Shown piece after piece: positions 16,927 to 30,185 of a stretch of 64,000 nucleotides of DNA (position 1 is its first letter; every line of letters starts with the position of its first letter). The notes beneath the pieces are model-generated. The model made no database searches. It saw only the letters and a list, made by a program, of their open reading frames with translations, and was not told where the DNA came from. Source of the stretch: the human T2T-CHM13v2.0 reference genome, Homo sapiens; the NCBI RefSeq assembly GCF_009914755.1, contig NC_060928.1. One strand, 5' to 3'. The position numbers and the translations under genes were made by a program.

Positions 16927-17304
16927 CTAAGAACACAAATCTTTCTATCTCTCGTACTACCTTAAATCATTATTGACCATAGAAAAAGTATTTGTAAGGC
17001 TGCATTTTTTCCTAATTTTTTAACATGTGTGAGGTAAATAAAAAGTAAATAGAAGCAAATAAACTTTTTGTATTCAACACAATAGCTTGATTTCAGAATC
17101 AGTTTCATAATTTGTGATGTTTTTAGTATCTACGATTGGCATATTAGAAATCCTTTCTGCATTAAAGTAAGCTCCAGAAATCTCAGGCTTATACATTCTT
17201 TTAAATTTCTTATCTGCAAGTCAAGAAGTAATCATTGCATACTCCTCAACTAGTTACAGTATATTTTATGTTATAACTTTACCTTTATGATTAAGAAAAG
17301 TCTC

Positions 17305-17346
17305 TGTGTGTGTGTGTGTGAGTGTGCATGTGTGTGTGAGAGAGAG
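17305..17346. repeat. Imperfect (TG)n(AG)n microsatellite
   Basis: Read directly. Confidence 0.9.
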
Positions 17347-18961
17347 CTGTTTTCTCTTATCATAAACATGACATGATGTAAGACATGAACAAGTGTGTAC
17401 TTAAGTAAAATAGTTATTTCCTTAAGTTGACTCACCATGGCACCCTAGAGATTAGTACTGTTACTGATTTCACAGGTCTCTTGTGCATGTGAATTTCCAT
17501 GAGATTCTATTCAACTGGAGTAACTAAGAAGAAAGAACAATGTCCCTCTATACAAGGTGGGTTTTGCATTGTCCCACACATAGTCTGCTGATGGCCGTGG
17601 GATGGCAAAGTCATCTTCATTAGACGGAATTTAATAGTGAATCAAAGTTCTTGTGGAGAATAGACTGATCTAAACTTTAGCCTCCCTTGGGTCCTGCTGA
17701 AAGATTAGAGGGAAAGAGTAGGGCCTTAGTAACTTGAATGTATCAGATTGTTTTTCACTAATAGTTCTCTTGTAAAACTCTGAAAAACACCCAGTTTAAC
17801 CCTTTAAAAATGGAGAGAGAGAAAGGGGTATGATGGGGGAGGGAAAACAACTCAGGTAGTATACCACGGGCATTGATTTCATTGATTTTTGAGATGTGCT
17901 GTTATCCCTGTAGCAAGTTTCACAGATTTGAGTACGTACGCATGACCAAAATTTGTTGATCACAAATAAAACAGTTTTCCTGCTACAAATAATCATCTAT
18001 ACCAGCTGCCACCATGCTACAGCTTTCATAAAGAATTTATAAAATCAAGTTACCTTTTAGTCTTGCTTTTGGTTTTGTTCTATGATGGGAGAGTCTAAAA
18101 CTCAATCTAAGGATGCAGTCCTTTGATAAAATCTTCTCAAAAATATTAGGAATCTAGGAAGAGTTAATGGCAGGAGAAAACGGAGGAGCAGCACAGGTAA
18201 AATGCATCAACCAGACCTGTACAGCAGGATCAGACATAGTTAACAAGAAAAAAGAAAGGAGAAACAAATGTGTTAGGTGATCTTTAGTCTAAAGAAATCT
18301 CTGTTGGGCAACTGGGCATTTTGCTCCTTGCCTTTGATTTCCAACTTCCTTTCAAAGAATTCGTTAAGTGAAAAGAGAGATGATGGCAGCTCAGTATATC
18401 AAAGCTCAGTTATCAGTTGGCTTATTCTAGTATCTTTAGTCTTTTGTGGATGCCTTATGATGTGTTGTGTGGTAACACTGGAAAGTCAATCTTATACCAG
18501 CGATTGCCACATAAACGTTAAGGAATCCAAAAAAAAATCACAAAATAGAAATTGTTACTCTCTCAGGTATAAAGTGGCACTGATAAGAATTAATGTATCC
18601 AAAAAGATTTGGGTGGGTTTCTTTTCCCTTTTGGGGGAAGAGAGTGGACAAGGGATTGATTGGATTTTTTTTAGGAGGGTGAGAAGGAAGCTGTAAGAGA
18701 AGGAAAAGGTATCCTGCAGACTTTTCCATGATCAGCTCTTTAGTATTGGCTGTGAATATGTTGTCCAAGTTAATGACCAAAAACAAATAAATAAAAAACT
18801 TACTACCACTACAAGGAAATCTGTTTCTCTTTATGTAATATTTTTGTTCTTAAAAATTCATAGGAACCATAAAAAAATAAGTCTCATTTTAAAATCAAAG
18901 TAAACCGCCTTTTAGGGGCTAAATGCCTAATAGAAAGACTTTAGAAACTCTGGAAAGATAA

Positions 18962-19455
18962 TGTACTAGTCCAGGCCTCCCTAGTCAGACACCCCACTCT
19001 GGGATCTTGAAAAGAGTGGAATGAAAGTACTATTCTCAGAGCTGTGGGCAAGATTTAAGGAACACAAAGAGATGAATCAAGGAGAGACTAGCTGGAGCAG
19101 GAATACGATTACCCCTGAGGCTACTGGGCAAGTGGAGGAAGCAGTGTTTCCGGGGCAAGTGGAGGAAGCAGTGTTTCCGGACCAAGTGAGAGCTCCACCA
19201 TGTGAGAAGGCACAACTGCAGAGCTAAAGGCAGAGGAAACAGGGAAGAAACATCAGAAAGGAATACCTCTTTCTCCTCCCATCTGCTTATTTCCTGCCAT
19301 GCCTCCCAGAGCCAAACCCTACCAAAGGTCAGAATAAACTTACGCTGTCTTCACAAATAGGCGCTGTCTCTTTCACAGGCCTAAGGCACAGATCAGAGCA
19401 AAAACAGAAAGAAAATTAATGATGGAGTTTCCAAACGCAGAACATCCAATCAAAA
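18962..19455. mobile_element. Probable ancient ERVL-type LTR fragment, family uncertain
   Basis: Starts tgtactagtccagg and is GC-richer than its flanks; resemblance only. Confidence 0.3.
19126..19179. repeat. Perfect 27-bp tandem duplication
   Basis: gggcaagtggaggaagcagtgtttccg x2. Confidence 0.95.
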
Positions 19456-20004
19456 CAGTGAAAGATAAATAATTTCCTATCCAGAGGAGGAGAAGAATAA
19501 TGCAGCTGCCTGAGTCCCAGACTTCAATACATGAATGTATGAGGAGTCAATTTCCTGTAACTAAGATTTTATTCCTGACTGTAGCCTCAGTAATGCTCTC
19601 TTAACTGTGATGGATCACAGGTTTAATACAATTCACCATTACGAAAAATGTTTTAGAAAGGGAATGCAAAATAAAAAAGAGATTTAAGATTTTATTTATG
19701 GGCTACTTGACCCATAACATTGACAGGTATAAACTGTTTTATTCTATTTAACCACACTGATTCTTATTTTTATTTGATATATCTATATGAGGTACTGTAT
19801 TTATTTTATTATATCTGTATGAGATAGTATGATACATTTTCTTCAAAATCACTTTTATCTACTCCTTGGAATGTTTCAAAACTGGAGAGCGTTATATACT
19901 GATTTTAATCTGAAAATCTCTTAGCAGGGCAGAACACATTGCAATGAAATTAACATTTATGTGAAATGTTTCCCTAGGGTAAAGAACATAAATCATGCAT
20001 TATA

Positions 20005-20170
20005 ACACTTTAGAGCTGAAAGGGACTTTAAAGATCAATTCTAAAACCATTATTTTACAAATGAGGACAAAAACCTAGAGATAGTTGTAGTTTTCCCATA
20101 GCAACACATTGTTGGTTTAGAGCAAAGTTAAGACCAGAACTTGGGTTTCCTTACTCTCCATCTGGTTTCC
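20005..20170 (-). mobile_element. MIR (MIR3/MIRc-like)
   Basis: ttagagctgaaagggacttta...attttacaaatgagga. Confidence 0.65.
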
Positions 20171-21934
20171 CACCTTTCAGTGGTGTAGTTCCCACTTACA
20201 TTCCTGTTACATAGAAGTACCAATTATGTTTCAAGGAAATAATAAATTCCCTTCTAAAATTGCCAGTACAAAAGTGTACTGAAAAGGTGTTAACAATCAC
20301 TTTAATATTTCTCAACTAAAGTTGAAAGACACTGTATGGGATAGAAAGCAGCACCCTCACGGACATGTCAGAAGCTCTTGGACTGCCTGTACTCAGCATC
20401 TCTCTGCGGATGAGGACCCTTGGATCAAAGCCCATTGGCCAACTGTGCATTCAGACCTTCAGGCTCTCTTGGCCTGAAGTTTTCTCCTACAAACTCAGTT
20501 TATTTTGAAAAACCTACAAAAAAAATTTACATACATGTGTTATTTTTTTTCAACACCTGAAAGAAATTTTCAGGATTCATAGGGAGTTTCCTGAATGTAA
20601 ATCAACTTATTTGACCTTTGATTCTGTCTTATCCTTTCACTGTCATCCTTTCACTTAATCTTATCAATCACTATTCCTATTTCCTTTTAAAAAATGTCTG
20701 CAGTTTTTAATCCATGCTATCTTACTTTATTGTACTTCCTTGCAGTAAGCAAGGAACAAGAAAGTATAAACAGAGGGCCCAATCTTCCAGGCAGCTGTAT
20801 GCTTGCTGTGTGCTTACAGATAGGTCACTGAAAGTCCATGCAAATTAGGGCACTTTGCTGAGCCACAGAATTTCATCTGGAGTAGCAGGTGTGTTGTAGA
20901 ACTATAAATGACTTAGTTTGAATGATGGCTGTTGATGCTTCTCTGTGCTTTATTCTTGCTGTTCACCGAATGGGTCATGTTATTGACATCTGAACTGTAC
21001 AAAAATGGTCGTGGAAACCTCCCATGTCTAATGTTCCACTAGAAGCGGCATTGATCTTAGGACAGAAGATCACCAACTGTTCTGTTTCCAGTACTCTCAA
21101 AATAAAGATTTGCACATTTTATTAATAAAACAATGATTTAAAGAACATTGCTATTTGGCGTCTGGTAATAAAATCTTGGAAAGTTTTAGTTTTCTACTAT
21201 AGGAGATTATAAAATTAAGATAAATTAATGTGTATTAAAGCAGGGAAACTTTGGCAGGTAGTTAAATAAACATATCTGTAGTTAATATTACATTTACAAA
21301 AATATTACATTTTTGAAAATACCCATAAAATCCATAAAGATTTTAAGAGTGAAATATACATACATCTTTCTAGACTATTTGCTAGACTAGTCTAGCTTTC
21401 TAGACTTTTTGCTTTTTATAAGATAGAAGGTTGGAAAATCTGTAGATCCCAAATGCTTATCTGTGGACTTAATGTCAGTCTGTGGCAAAGATTTAACCAG
21501 ACTATATTGAAAAGCAAAAACTAATATTGAGAACAATGTAAAGGGTATGTTTGGGTGTATGAGTGCATGTGTGTGTATGTGTGTGTGTGTGTTTGAGAGA
21601 CAGAGGGAGAGAGGTATCTGTAAAATTGTCAACTGTTCTTTCATGCGGATGGCCCTAATTTCCTCTGGAATTTTGCCAATATTACTCTTGGGGAATTAAA
21701 TGATTGTAGTAATAAATTGTAGCTAACTGTTTTAATGTCCTTACTTAACAGAGAGTACTCAGCAAAAGCCATGTTGGTACCCTCCCAATTTTTTTAAATT
21801 TAGTTTACTGATCTGTGAAATGTACACATCTGGTGTCATGAACTGAAAGTCTGTGAGCTCCCCAAATTCATATGTTGAAGCCCTAATCTCCAAATACAAT
21901 AGTATTTGGAAGTAAGGCCTTTGGGAAGTCATTA

Positions 21935-22278
<344 letters not shown>

Positions 22279-22430
22279 AAGGAAGGAAGGAAGGAAAGAA
22301 GGTAGTAAGAAGGAAAGAAAGAAAGGGAAAGAAAGAAAGCAAGCAAGAAAGCAAGCAAGAAAGAAAGAAAGAGAAAGAAAGAAAGAAAGAAAAAGAAAGA
22401 GAAGGAAGGAAGGAAGGAAGGAAGGAAGGA

Positions 22431-22470
<40 letters not shown>

Positions 22471-22497
22471 GAAAGAAAGAAAGAGAAAGAAAGAAAG
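22279..22497. repeat. (GAAA)n/(GGAA)n polypurine tract derived from the Alu tail
   Basis: Read directly. Confidence 0.97.
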
Positions 22498-24120
22498 ATG
22501 TGAAACAGGTGATCCCTCCCACGTGAAGGCACAGCAAGAAGGCAGCCATTAACAAGCCAGAAAGAGAACCCTCACCAGACACTGAGTCTGCCAGCACCTT
22601 GATCTTGGGCTTCCCAGCCTCAAGAACTATAGGAAATAAATGTCTGCTGTTAAGCCACCCAGTCTAAGGTATTTGTTGTAGCAGCCCAAGCTAAGACATG
22701 TAGGAAGGTTCTTATGAGCTCCATGATGTGAAAGCCAGCTCTGCAGAAGTGCTAGACAGTAAAATGAAACTGAATTACTCTCAATCTGATTTGTCACAAC
22801 TATTATTACGAATTCCAAATACTGTAGCCAACAAGGGGATACCAGTTCCTACCAACCCAAAAGTGAATTACAACTTTCAATTCTGTTTAAAAATACTCAT
22901 ATGAAAAAAATACTCATACCTAGCTGAATATTCCTCATTGTTCTCACTCTTATTTCATTACCTTTGTTAACTTTCTCTTTATTCCTCAACAAGCCCTCTC
23001 AGCTGTCTTTTCTAGCAAATATTGAAAATGAAATTTTCCAAATGATTTCAAATCAGTACGCATTGATTGTATTTATACTACCCAACAGAACAATGCTTGA
23101 CAACTTTAAATGGTTATCCCCAAATCTCTTGCATGAGATAATTAAAACCAATGGGAGAAGTTAACAACTCAGGGAAGCAGATGTATGAGACAAGAAAATA
23201 GCTTTGCCAATTATTAGGGGAAAAAAGAACTGAAGCTGAATATAAAGAATTATCTCTAGTTTCCCAATCTGCTTAACAAAAAATAAGCTTTAGCCTTTTT
23301 ACATAAACACTGATATTCATTTATATAAAATTATTTCAGAATGAAGAGAAGTGCAAGAAGCTCTAGTCTGAGAGTCGATCTGCTAGCACCTAAACAGAGG
23401 AGTAAAGACTTGGACTGGGTTAATTATTTGGACTGGATGCTCTTACAAATATATTCTGTATTCTTCTCTGAGTCCTTGGATACCTTAAACAGGACCAGGG
23501 CTAAGATGAGGCAAATGCTGTATGGCCCCATGTTAAAAGGGACACTCACTCACCTCGTCCTTCTGGTGCAAGGCTGGCATTTGTGAGGCCTTGCTTCCTT
23601 AAGTTGTACACTCTAGATGCCTTGTCTGCTTCATCCTACTCCTGGCCCTACAATAATACATTAGTCCATACACTAATAAATTTGAAAGACCAACAGAAGC
23701 GGGTGGTGGTAAGATTTCTCTCTGTTATACATAAAGGAAAGGGAAGAATGACTTTGGAAGTGGTGCCTGGTGAAGAATGGGAGGACCTTCCCCACTTGTC
23801 GGTGAGGGAGAAAGTAAAAAGAGGCTATAGACTTCATAAATGTCAATATGTACACAAACTACCTTTTAAAAAATGACTCAAAAGATGCTAGTTTTAGAAA
23901 ATATGTCCTTCTCAACCCTACACCCACCACCTTTAAGAATTGTTCATCCACAATCAGCAAGTCCCCTCTAGCTTACTGTCTGTGCATTTTCTGAACTTCT
24001 TTGCTTGAACTGAAGCACTTCCCCTTTAACATATTCTTGTGTTAGTCTGTTTTTTTTTTTCTTAAAAACATATTTTAAGATGTGGTCCAAAACCAAAGAT
24101 TTTCTTAGGGATAATGCTTG

Positions 24121-24494
24121 TACTATGGTTTGAATATGGTATGTCCCCACCAAAACTCATGCTGAGGCTTGGTCCCCAATGTGGCAGTGTTGGGAGGTGG
24201 TGCCATTAGGAGATTAGGTCATTAAGATGAATTAATGTATTTCTCAAGAATCTGGGTTAGTTCTCAAAAGTTGTTATAAAGTGAGCTTGCCTCTCATGCT
24301 TTACCCTTTCTGCATATACCAACTTCCATGTCCATTTTTTCTGCCGTGATATGAAGAAGCACAAGGTCCTCACTAGATGCTGCCTGGTCTTGAACTTCCC
24401 AGCCTCCAGAACCCTAAACTAAATAAACCTCTTTTCTTTATAAATTATCCAGTCTCAGATATTTTATTATAGCAACAGAAAACAGACCTAAATA
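24121..24494 (+). mobile_element. MST-type MaLR solo LTR
   Basis: tactatggtttgaatatgg...tatagcaacagaaaacagac; perfect 5-bp TSD gcttg (24116-24120, 24495-24499). Confidence 0.9.
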
Positions 24495-24499
24495 GCTTG

Positions 24500-24862
24500 T
24501 ATGAGAGAAAATGAAGAGGGATCCAGCAAAGGCTAGGAGAGCCATGATACTGTGCTGCAAGTCTGACACAGAGTGGAGGAGACAGAAGGGGAGGGTTGGA
24601 ATGGAAGCATACAAGACTGTTGTACAGACCAAGGTGGGGTTAACAAGGCCATCAGCAAGTCCTTGAACCAAAATTAGCCATCATGGTAGGCCCATGTCTC
24701 TCTTAAGTTGTCTTGCCTTAGTATTTCTGCTGCACTCCATCAGCGCTGGGGGCAGCCTATAGGAAGCCTGGCCTTGATGCCAGAGCCCAGTAGCTCAGAC
24801 CCTTGGTTAATTAATCTGCCAGCAGTTGGGGTCTGCAAGGCACATTCTCATAGCCACCACAA
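24500..24862 (-). mobile_element. Old MLT1 (J/K-like) LTR fragment
   Basis: gcaagtctgacacagagtggaggagacagaaggg...acattctcatagccaccaca. Confidence 0.55.
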
Positions 24863-24899
24863 CTCTGATTGTGGCTTTTTAATCTCTTAAATCCCTCAC

Positions 24900-25495
24900 A
24901 CCTCATAATTAGGACTGGTGTCCCCTACTTCCCTGATACAACTTTTAGACCATCACTCCTCTATTTTCTTTTTAAGAACAATATAAAACCCATGAGCTAA
25001 TCAAAGCAAACAAAACCCAGTAGCTTTCAGATTCATGCCATTCAGCCTGTCTGTCTTCTGAGCACTCCTCATCCACTGAAGACTTTGATAGCTGGCTACT
25101 GTCTTCCTCACTCTAATCCTTTCCGATATACAAGGTAAATTCAATCCCTGGACCTCTCAGTCCCTCAACTTCTCCATCCTTTATGACCTTTTCCTTTACC
25201 CTCACTTCTATGCACATCAGATCCTCCTGACATATACTTCACAGCATCTATGTGGCTAATTCAGAGCTCGATCAAGTTTTGAAAGTATATGTTTATCTAT
25301 ATTACCATTTTATTACTATCTGATTACTATCTTCTCTCTATCATTAGATTATAAGTTCCATGATGAGTAGTTAGGTCTGTTTTACTCAACCCGTTTATTC
25401 TCAGCACCTACAAGGTAGCCAGCAATAGTAAATATTCAACATATATTTTGTGCATAATGAAATGATTACTTAACTAAGTAAATGAATGAATGATT
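24900..25495 (+). mobile_element. L2 fragments including the 3' end
   Basis: attagattataagttccatga...tcaacatatattttg...aatgaatgaatg. Confidence 0.6.
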
Positions 25496-25732
25496 TGATT
25501 GAATTGGATTGAGTTGAATTGAATAGAGATATATGAATAGATGCCATTGCCAAGGCTTATGTTTGTCTACATTTGAAGCATATATCAATGTAATTAAAAA
25601 CTTCTGAAGAATTAAAACTTTTCTTCATTATTTTTATCCTATAACAAAATTCATCATTAAAAAATTATGCTTAATGTTATAATCTAACTCACTTTTGAAC
25701 ATGTTTTTCATTTTATATTAAACTGTAAACTT

Positions 25733-26030
25733 TTTTTTTTTTAAAAAAAAAGACAGGGTCTTGCTGTGTCACCAGGCTGTAGTGCAGTGGTATGATCATA
25801 GCTCACTGCAACGTCGAACTCCTGGGCTCAAGGGATCCTCCTACCTCAGACTACTGAGTAGCTGGGACCACAGGCACCACCACATCTGATAACCATTTTT
25901 GTTTGTTTTTGATAGAGATGGAGTCTCGCTATGTTGCCCAGGCTGGTCTAGAACTCCTGGCCTCAAGCAATTCTCCAGTCTAGGCCTCTTAAAGTACTGG
26001 GACTATAGGCATAGCCACCATGCCCAAACT
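25733..26030 (-). mobile_element. AluJ
   Basis: Dimeric Alu; TSD aactgtaaactt at 25721-25732 and 26032-26043. Confidence 0.92.
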
Positions 26031-26714
26031 GAACTGTAAACTTCTTGACCTTTTCAATTCATTTGAGGCTTCCTTGAAGTTCATAACACAGACTCTTGCA
26101 CATAATAAAATTACATATTACATTAATGTAGCAATGCATTAATTTAACTACTCTAAAATCTGATATTTTGTTCTGCCCAATAAAATTAACCATTTGTCTG
26201 GTTTCTTTTTATTATTTATTTTCACCGAGAGACATCGTGAGATTGACTTTTACTTATATTTTAGGATTTTATCTTTGTAATAAGACTTTTATAGACTATT
26301 TTTTTCTAATTTTCTTTCCTTACTTTTTTGTTTGTCTATGTTATTATGCTTCTATTTATTTTTCATGCTTATTTAATTTTTAGGATTTAAATACAATTAA
26401 GTCTAAAGATTTAAATGTAGATTTTTTTTGTTGCTGCTTTAGGAGATTTTCTTTAAAGGGGTGGGGTGAGCAGGGCACTACTAAAAGGAATATACTATAA
26501 TTAGTTTTTCATATTTAATCTACATTTTATGTCTCTCTTCATTTAAAATGTTATTATGAAATAATACTTTGTGATTTTCTGAAAATTGGAAGAAAAATCT
26601 AGTTGCAGCAACTTTGATTTTCTAAGTTTTTTTAGTCAATTGTATTTTTCAGATTTCTTATTAGTTAGATTAAGGTAATTCAAGATGTTATTCTTCTGCT
26701 TTTAGTTCTATGTA

Positions 26715-26839
26715 CTTAGTTTTCAATATGGTGTAGCACAGATGAATGGGAAAGGAAAAGATTTTTTAGAAAAATTGGCATAAGGCATAAAATCTTTTCC
26801 TTTCCCATTCATCTGTGCTATACCATATTGAAAACTAAG
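26715..26839. repeat. 51-bp inverted repeat (50/51 identical) with a 23-nt spacer
   Basis: Arms 26715-26765 and 26789-26839 checked base by base. Confidence 0.95.
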
Positions 26840-29279
26840 AACAAACATTTTTTAGAAAATTTGCTGATGGCCAATAAAATTTATGTCAATTTTATGAGGT
26901 ATTCATAAATTACCTCAATTTACCAGTGGCTTTCACCATACATCCAAATTGGTTTATTATGTATTATCAGTTCATTCTTTTTCTAAAACAACTTATTTTT
27001 ACTATTCTATATGATGCTATTTTCTTAACTTTTTTAGTTTACCTTGATAAAATTGTTGTTTAAAAAGTAAGATGAAATGACAGGCAAATCATGTTAACCA
27101 GCACAAAGCAGCATCTCACAAAAGACACACAAACCTGCACAAAACCAACCTGAATCCATTCATCTGAAAGAAGAGAGACAGTCAAAGTACCGGATGCAAG
27201 AAATCTAGCAGGCAACAAGAATCTAGCACAATTAAAAATATAGCAGAGAAAGAGCATGCAATTGGCTGTAACTTACCATCTTTCTATAGAAGAATTACTT
27301 TGAATTCCAATCAAGACAGCTCTGTCTTACAGACGGGGAGCAATTTTGAAGGGTGGGCTCATGGGAGTATTACTAATTCTCTAACTTACAATAGCAGACC
27401 TCAATGTGCTAACCCTTCACAATACACAGTTCTAACTAAGCTGTAGTAAATTTACTTACTGTGTTTCAGGTTGATTAAAATAAGTTTGCAGGAGCAATTT
27501 TCCTGAAATTCTAGCTAGCCTAAAGCAAAAAGAAAATTCTAATTTGTCATTTACCTTATCTACTGAGCAGGAACCAAGGCCAATTATAGATTTGTCATAG
27601 TGCTCAGTGCATTGATTATACTCCACAAAGCCAAATACCAAATATCTTTTAAATTATTCCACATAAGAAATATTGTTCATATGCACCAGATTTCATTGAA
27701 AAGAAATAAGGCAGTTTTTTTTCTTCACATATAAATCAGTAAATATTTACTAAATACTTATGATGTAGAGAACATTTTGGTAACTGTTGAATTTAAGTTA
27801 GAGGTAGGAAATATTTATAGTTTTTCATTGTACCTTTAAAATATTTTTATCCTGAATATTTTTGTCAGTTAAACATAGCCTGTTATTTTTTCAAAACATT
27901 ATTTATCTTGTAAACAGTTTCTTATATAAAAATAAAATATATTCTTCTTATAACTGATCTAATGAAAACCTGTGATATCTTTTCCTTTCTCCTAAAGAAA
28001 AACTTTTGGAGAAGATACACTTTTTTTATTCTGGAGATATTCATTCATACCATGTTCTAGTTGGTTGTCTGATTTTAAGTATTTGACTGTGTCAAAGTCA
28101 CAAGTAAATTTACTAAATGGTACTCTGCTGGCTATTTCCTTCTTAAAGTGTGTCAGTAGAAGTCCAATCAATCAGGTAAATATCTAGGAAAGCAGAAACT
28201 GCTCTAGATATTTCAATCAGAAAAGTCAAGTAACTTTTAGAAAAAATAGTTCAGAGGCTGCTGCAAAACCTCATATCTATGGAAGCACACATGTCTGCCT
28301 GCTGCTGCCAGAGAAAGAAAAACACAGCTTCCACTTCCCTTTCACTTTGCAGATCTTGACACGAATGCATCCCCTAGCAGGATCGGACCCAGAGCATAAC
28401 TGGCAGGGATTGTCGGAATGTACTTCCCAAAGGTCCTGTCACCCTCATACAAAGGTGAAGATAAAAGAGGGGAAATGATGCTAAATTGTGAACAGATAAT
28501 GTATAGAGAGAAAATGTGGGAATGAAGCAAATTCTTTTTCAGTGGTATTGGCCAAAGAGTTTTAAGCTGTGATTTAACAGCCCATTTTACAATTATTGAA
28601 GTGAATGATAGTTATAATCTACCCTCAGTTATCCATTTAAGGGATTTTGCACTTTGATCCTCCTATTTTATTTCCTTGACCACTTGGATAGAAAGTTTAA
28701 ATTTCAATAACTTAACAGTAAAAACCATACTTTAACCATATATGAAATTACTTTTTTTTATATATACACACATGCTGTGGATTTAATTGCTCAAGATTTA
28801 GCCCCATCTTCATACAAGTAACAGTTGGTCAGATTTCCTTTCTTTATCTTTTATAATTTCTTTCTTATTACATGTATTTATCTTCTTTCCAAATAAGAGG
28901 GTAAGAGGAAAAGGAGATATAACTGGTTTAAAATTAAAACTACAGAACAAAATGCAATTAAGTCAGGCCCACCAGCTATTGTGAGCCATAAAAGGAGCTT
29001 CACTTGTATTTCACTCAGTCTTCACAACACCTCTGTGGGTTTTGCTTCCTAAATAAATAGACTCAAAAATTACTAAGGTATAGATAAAAATCAAATAATA
29101 AAGAAAGACAAGAATTATTAGATCAGAAACCCAGATTCAGGAAAGTATCCCAAGTAATCACAAAACCTGTGTGTGAGCTTCTGAGCACCTAAGGCACATG
29201 AATGAAGGATGCATTGATGAAAGCCTCAGGATGTCAAGGTAGGGGAGGAACTTTCTCATGTTTTACTAATACATGTTTG

Positions 29280-29572
29280 AGCTAGGCACGGTAGCTCACG
29301 CCTGTAATTCCAGCATTTTGGGAGGCTGAGGCAGCAGCTCACTTGACGTCAGGAGTTCAAGACCAGCCTGGCCAACATGGTGAAAGCCCGTCTCTGCTAA
29401 AAACACAAAAATTAGCCAGGTGTGGTGGCGTGTGCCTGTAATCCCAGCTACTTGAGAGGCTGAGGCAGGAGAATCCTTGAACCCAGGAGGCGGAAGTTGT
29501 AGTGAGCCAAGATTGCACCACTACACTCTAGCCTTGGCACAGACAGACTCTTTCTCAAAAAAAAAAAAAAAA
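29280..29572 (+). mobile_element. AluS
   Basis: Dimeric Alu with A tail. Confidence 0.93.
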
Positions 29573-29689
29573 GGAATGCAATGTTTGGCAGAATATATTA
29601 AACAAAAAATGGAAAGACATAAAGCAGGGGTTAAAGCCGCCAGGATTCTTGTCCTCTTTCCCCTCGTGATGAAGGTCAAGTTAATTCAT

Positions 29690-30185
29690 TAAATTTAACT
29701 CCACAAACATGTTTTGAGAACTTACTAAGTACAGGGTATTGTGCTGGAAGTCACTGTGTGAGTTGCAAAAATGGGCCCTGCCCTCCAAGCATTCACAACT
29801 TTTGGGGCAGCAAGATGAAAATACAATCAATATAACTCAAGGCACATTGTGTGCAACTAACAAGCGGTAGAGGAAAAATTAGAGCAGGAGAAATTCCTAT
29901 GAATTGATGAGTGACTAAAAAAAGCTGTGAGGGGAAAGTGCTATTTGAGGTTTAAGGATTTAAGCAACAGGCATGACCAAAAGGGGGGCCAGTGTGAATA
30001 AAGTGAAGAGGTTGAAGAACTTGAAGGAATTAGACTGGAGACAGATGCCACGATCTCAGATTCCAACAGTAATGAAAAGGAATGAAGTCGCCCACGTGAG
30101 GACTGTGGCCAACAGAAGAGTGCACAAGCCATCTAAGGAGACATCCTTTGTGAGAATGCTGGCTCAGTGTTATCCAGAGCTCCCT
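29690..30185 (-). mobile_element. L2 fragment
   Basis: caaacatgttttgagaacttactaagtacagggtattgtgctgg...ccctgccctc. Confidence 0.6.

Noticed and set aside
17898-17909. gctgttatccct, resembling mitochondrial 16S rRNA antisense (NUMT)
   Set aside because: Only about 12 nt match and the flanks do not extend.
18008-18031. Kozak-like gccaccATG
   Set aside because: Stops after five codons (MLQLS), with no donor before the stop.
28145-28510. Possible ancient LTR fragment (also a possible hAT remnant at ~30200-30340)
   Set aside because: Resemblance too weak to name a family or set boundaries.
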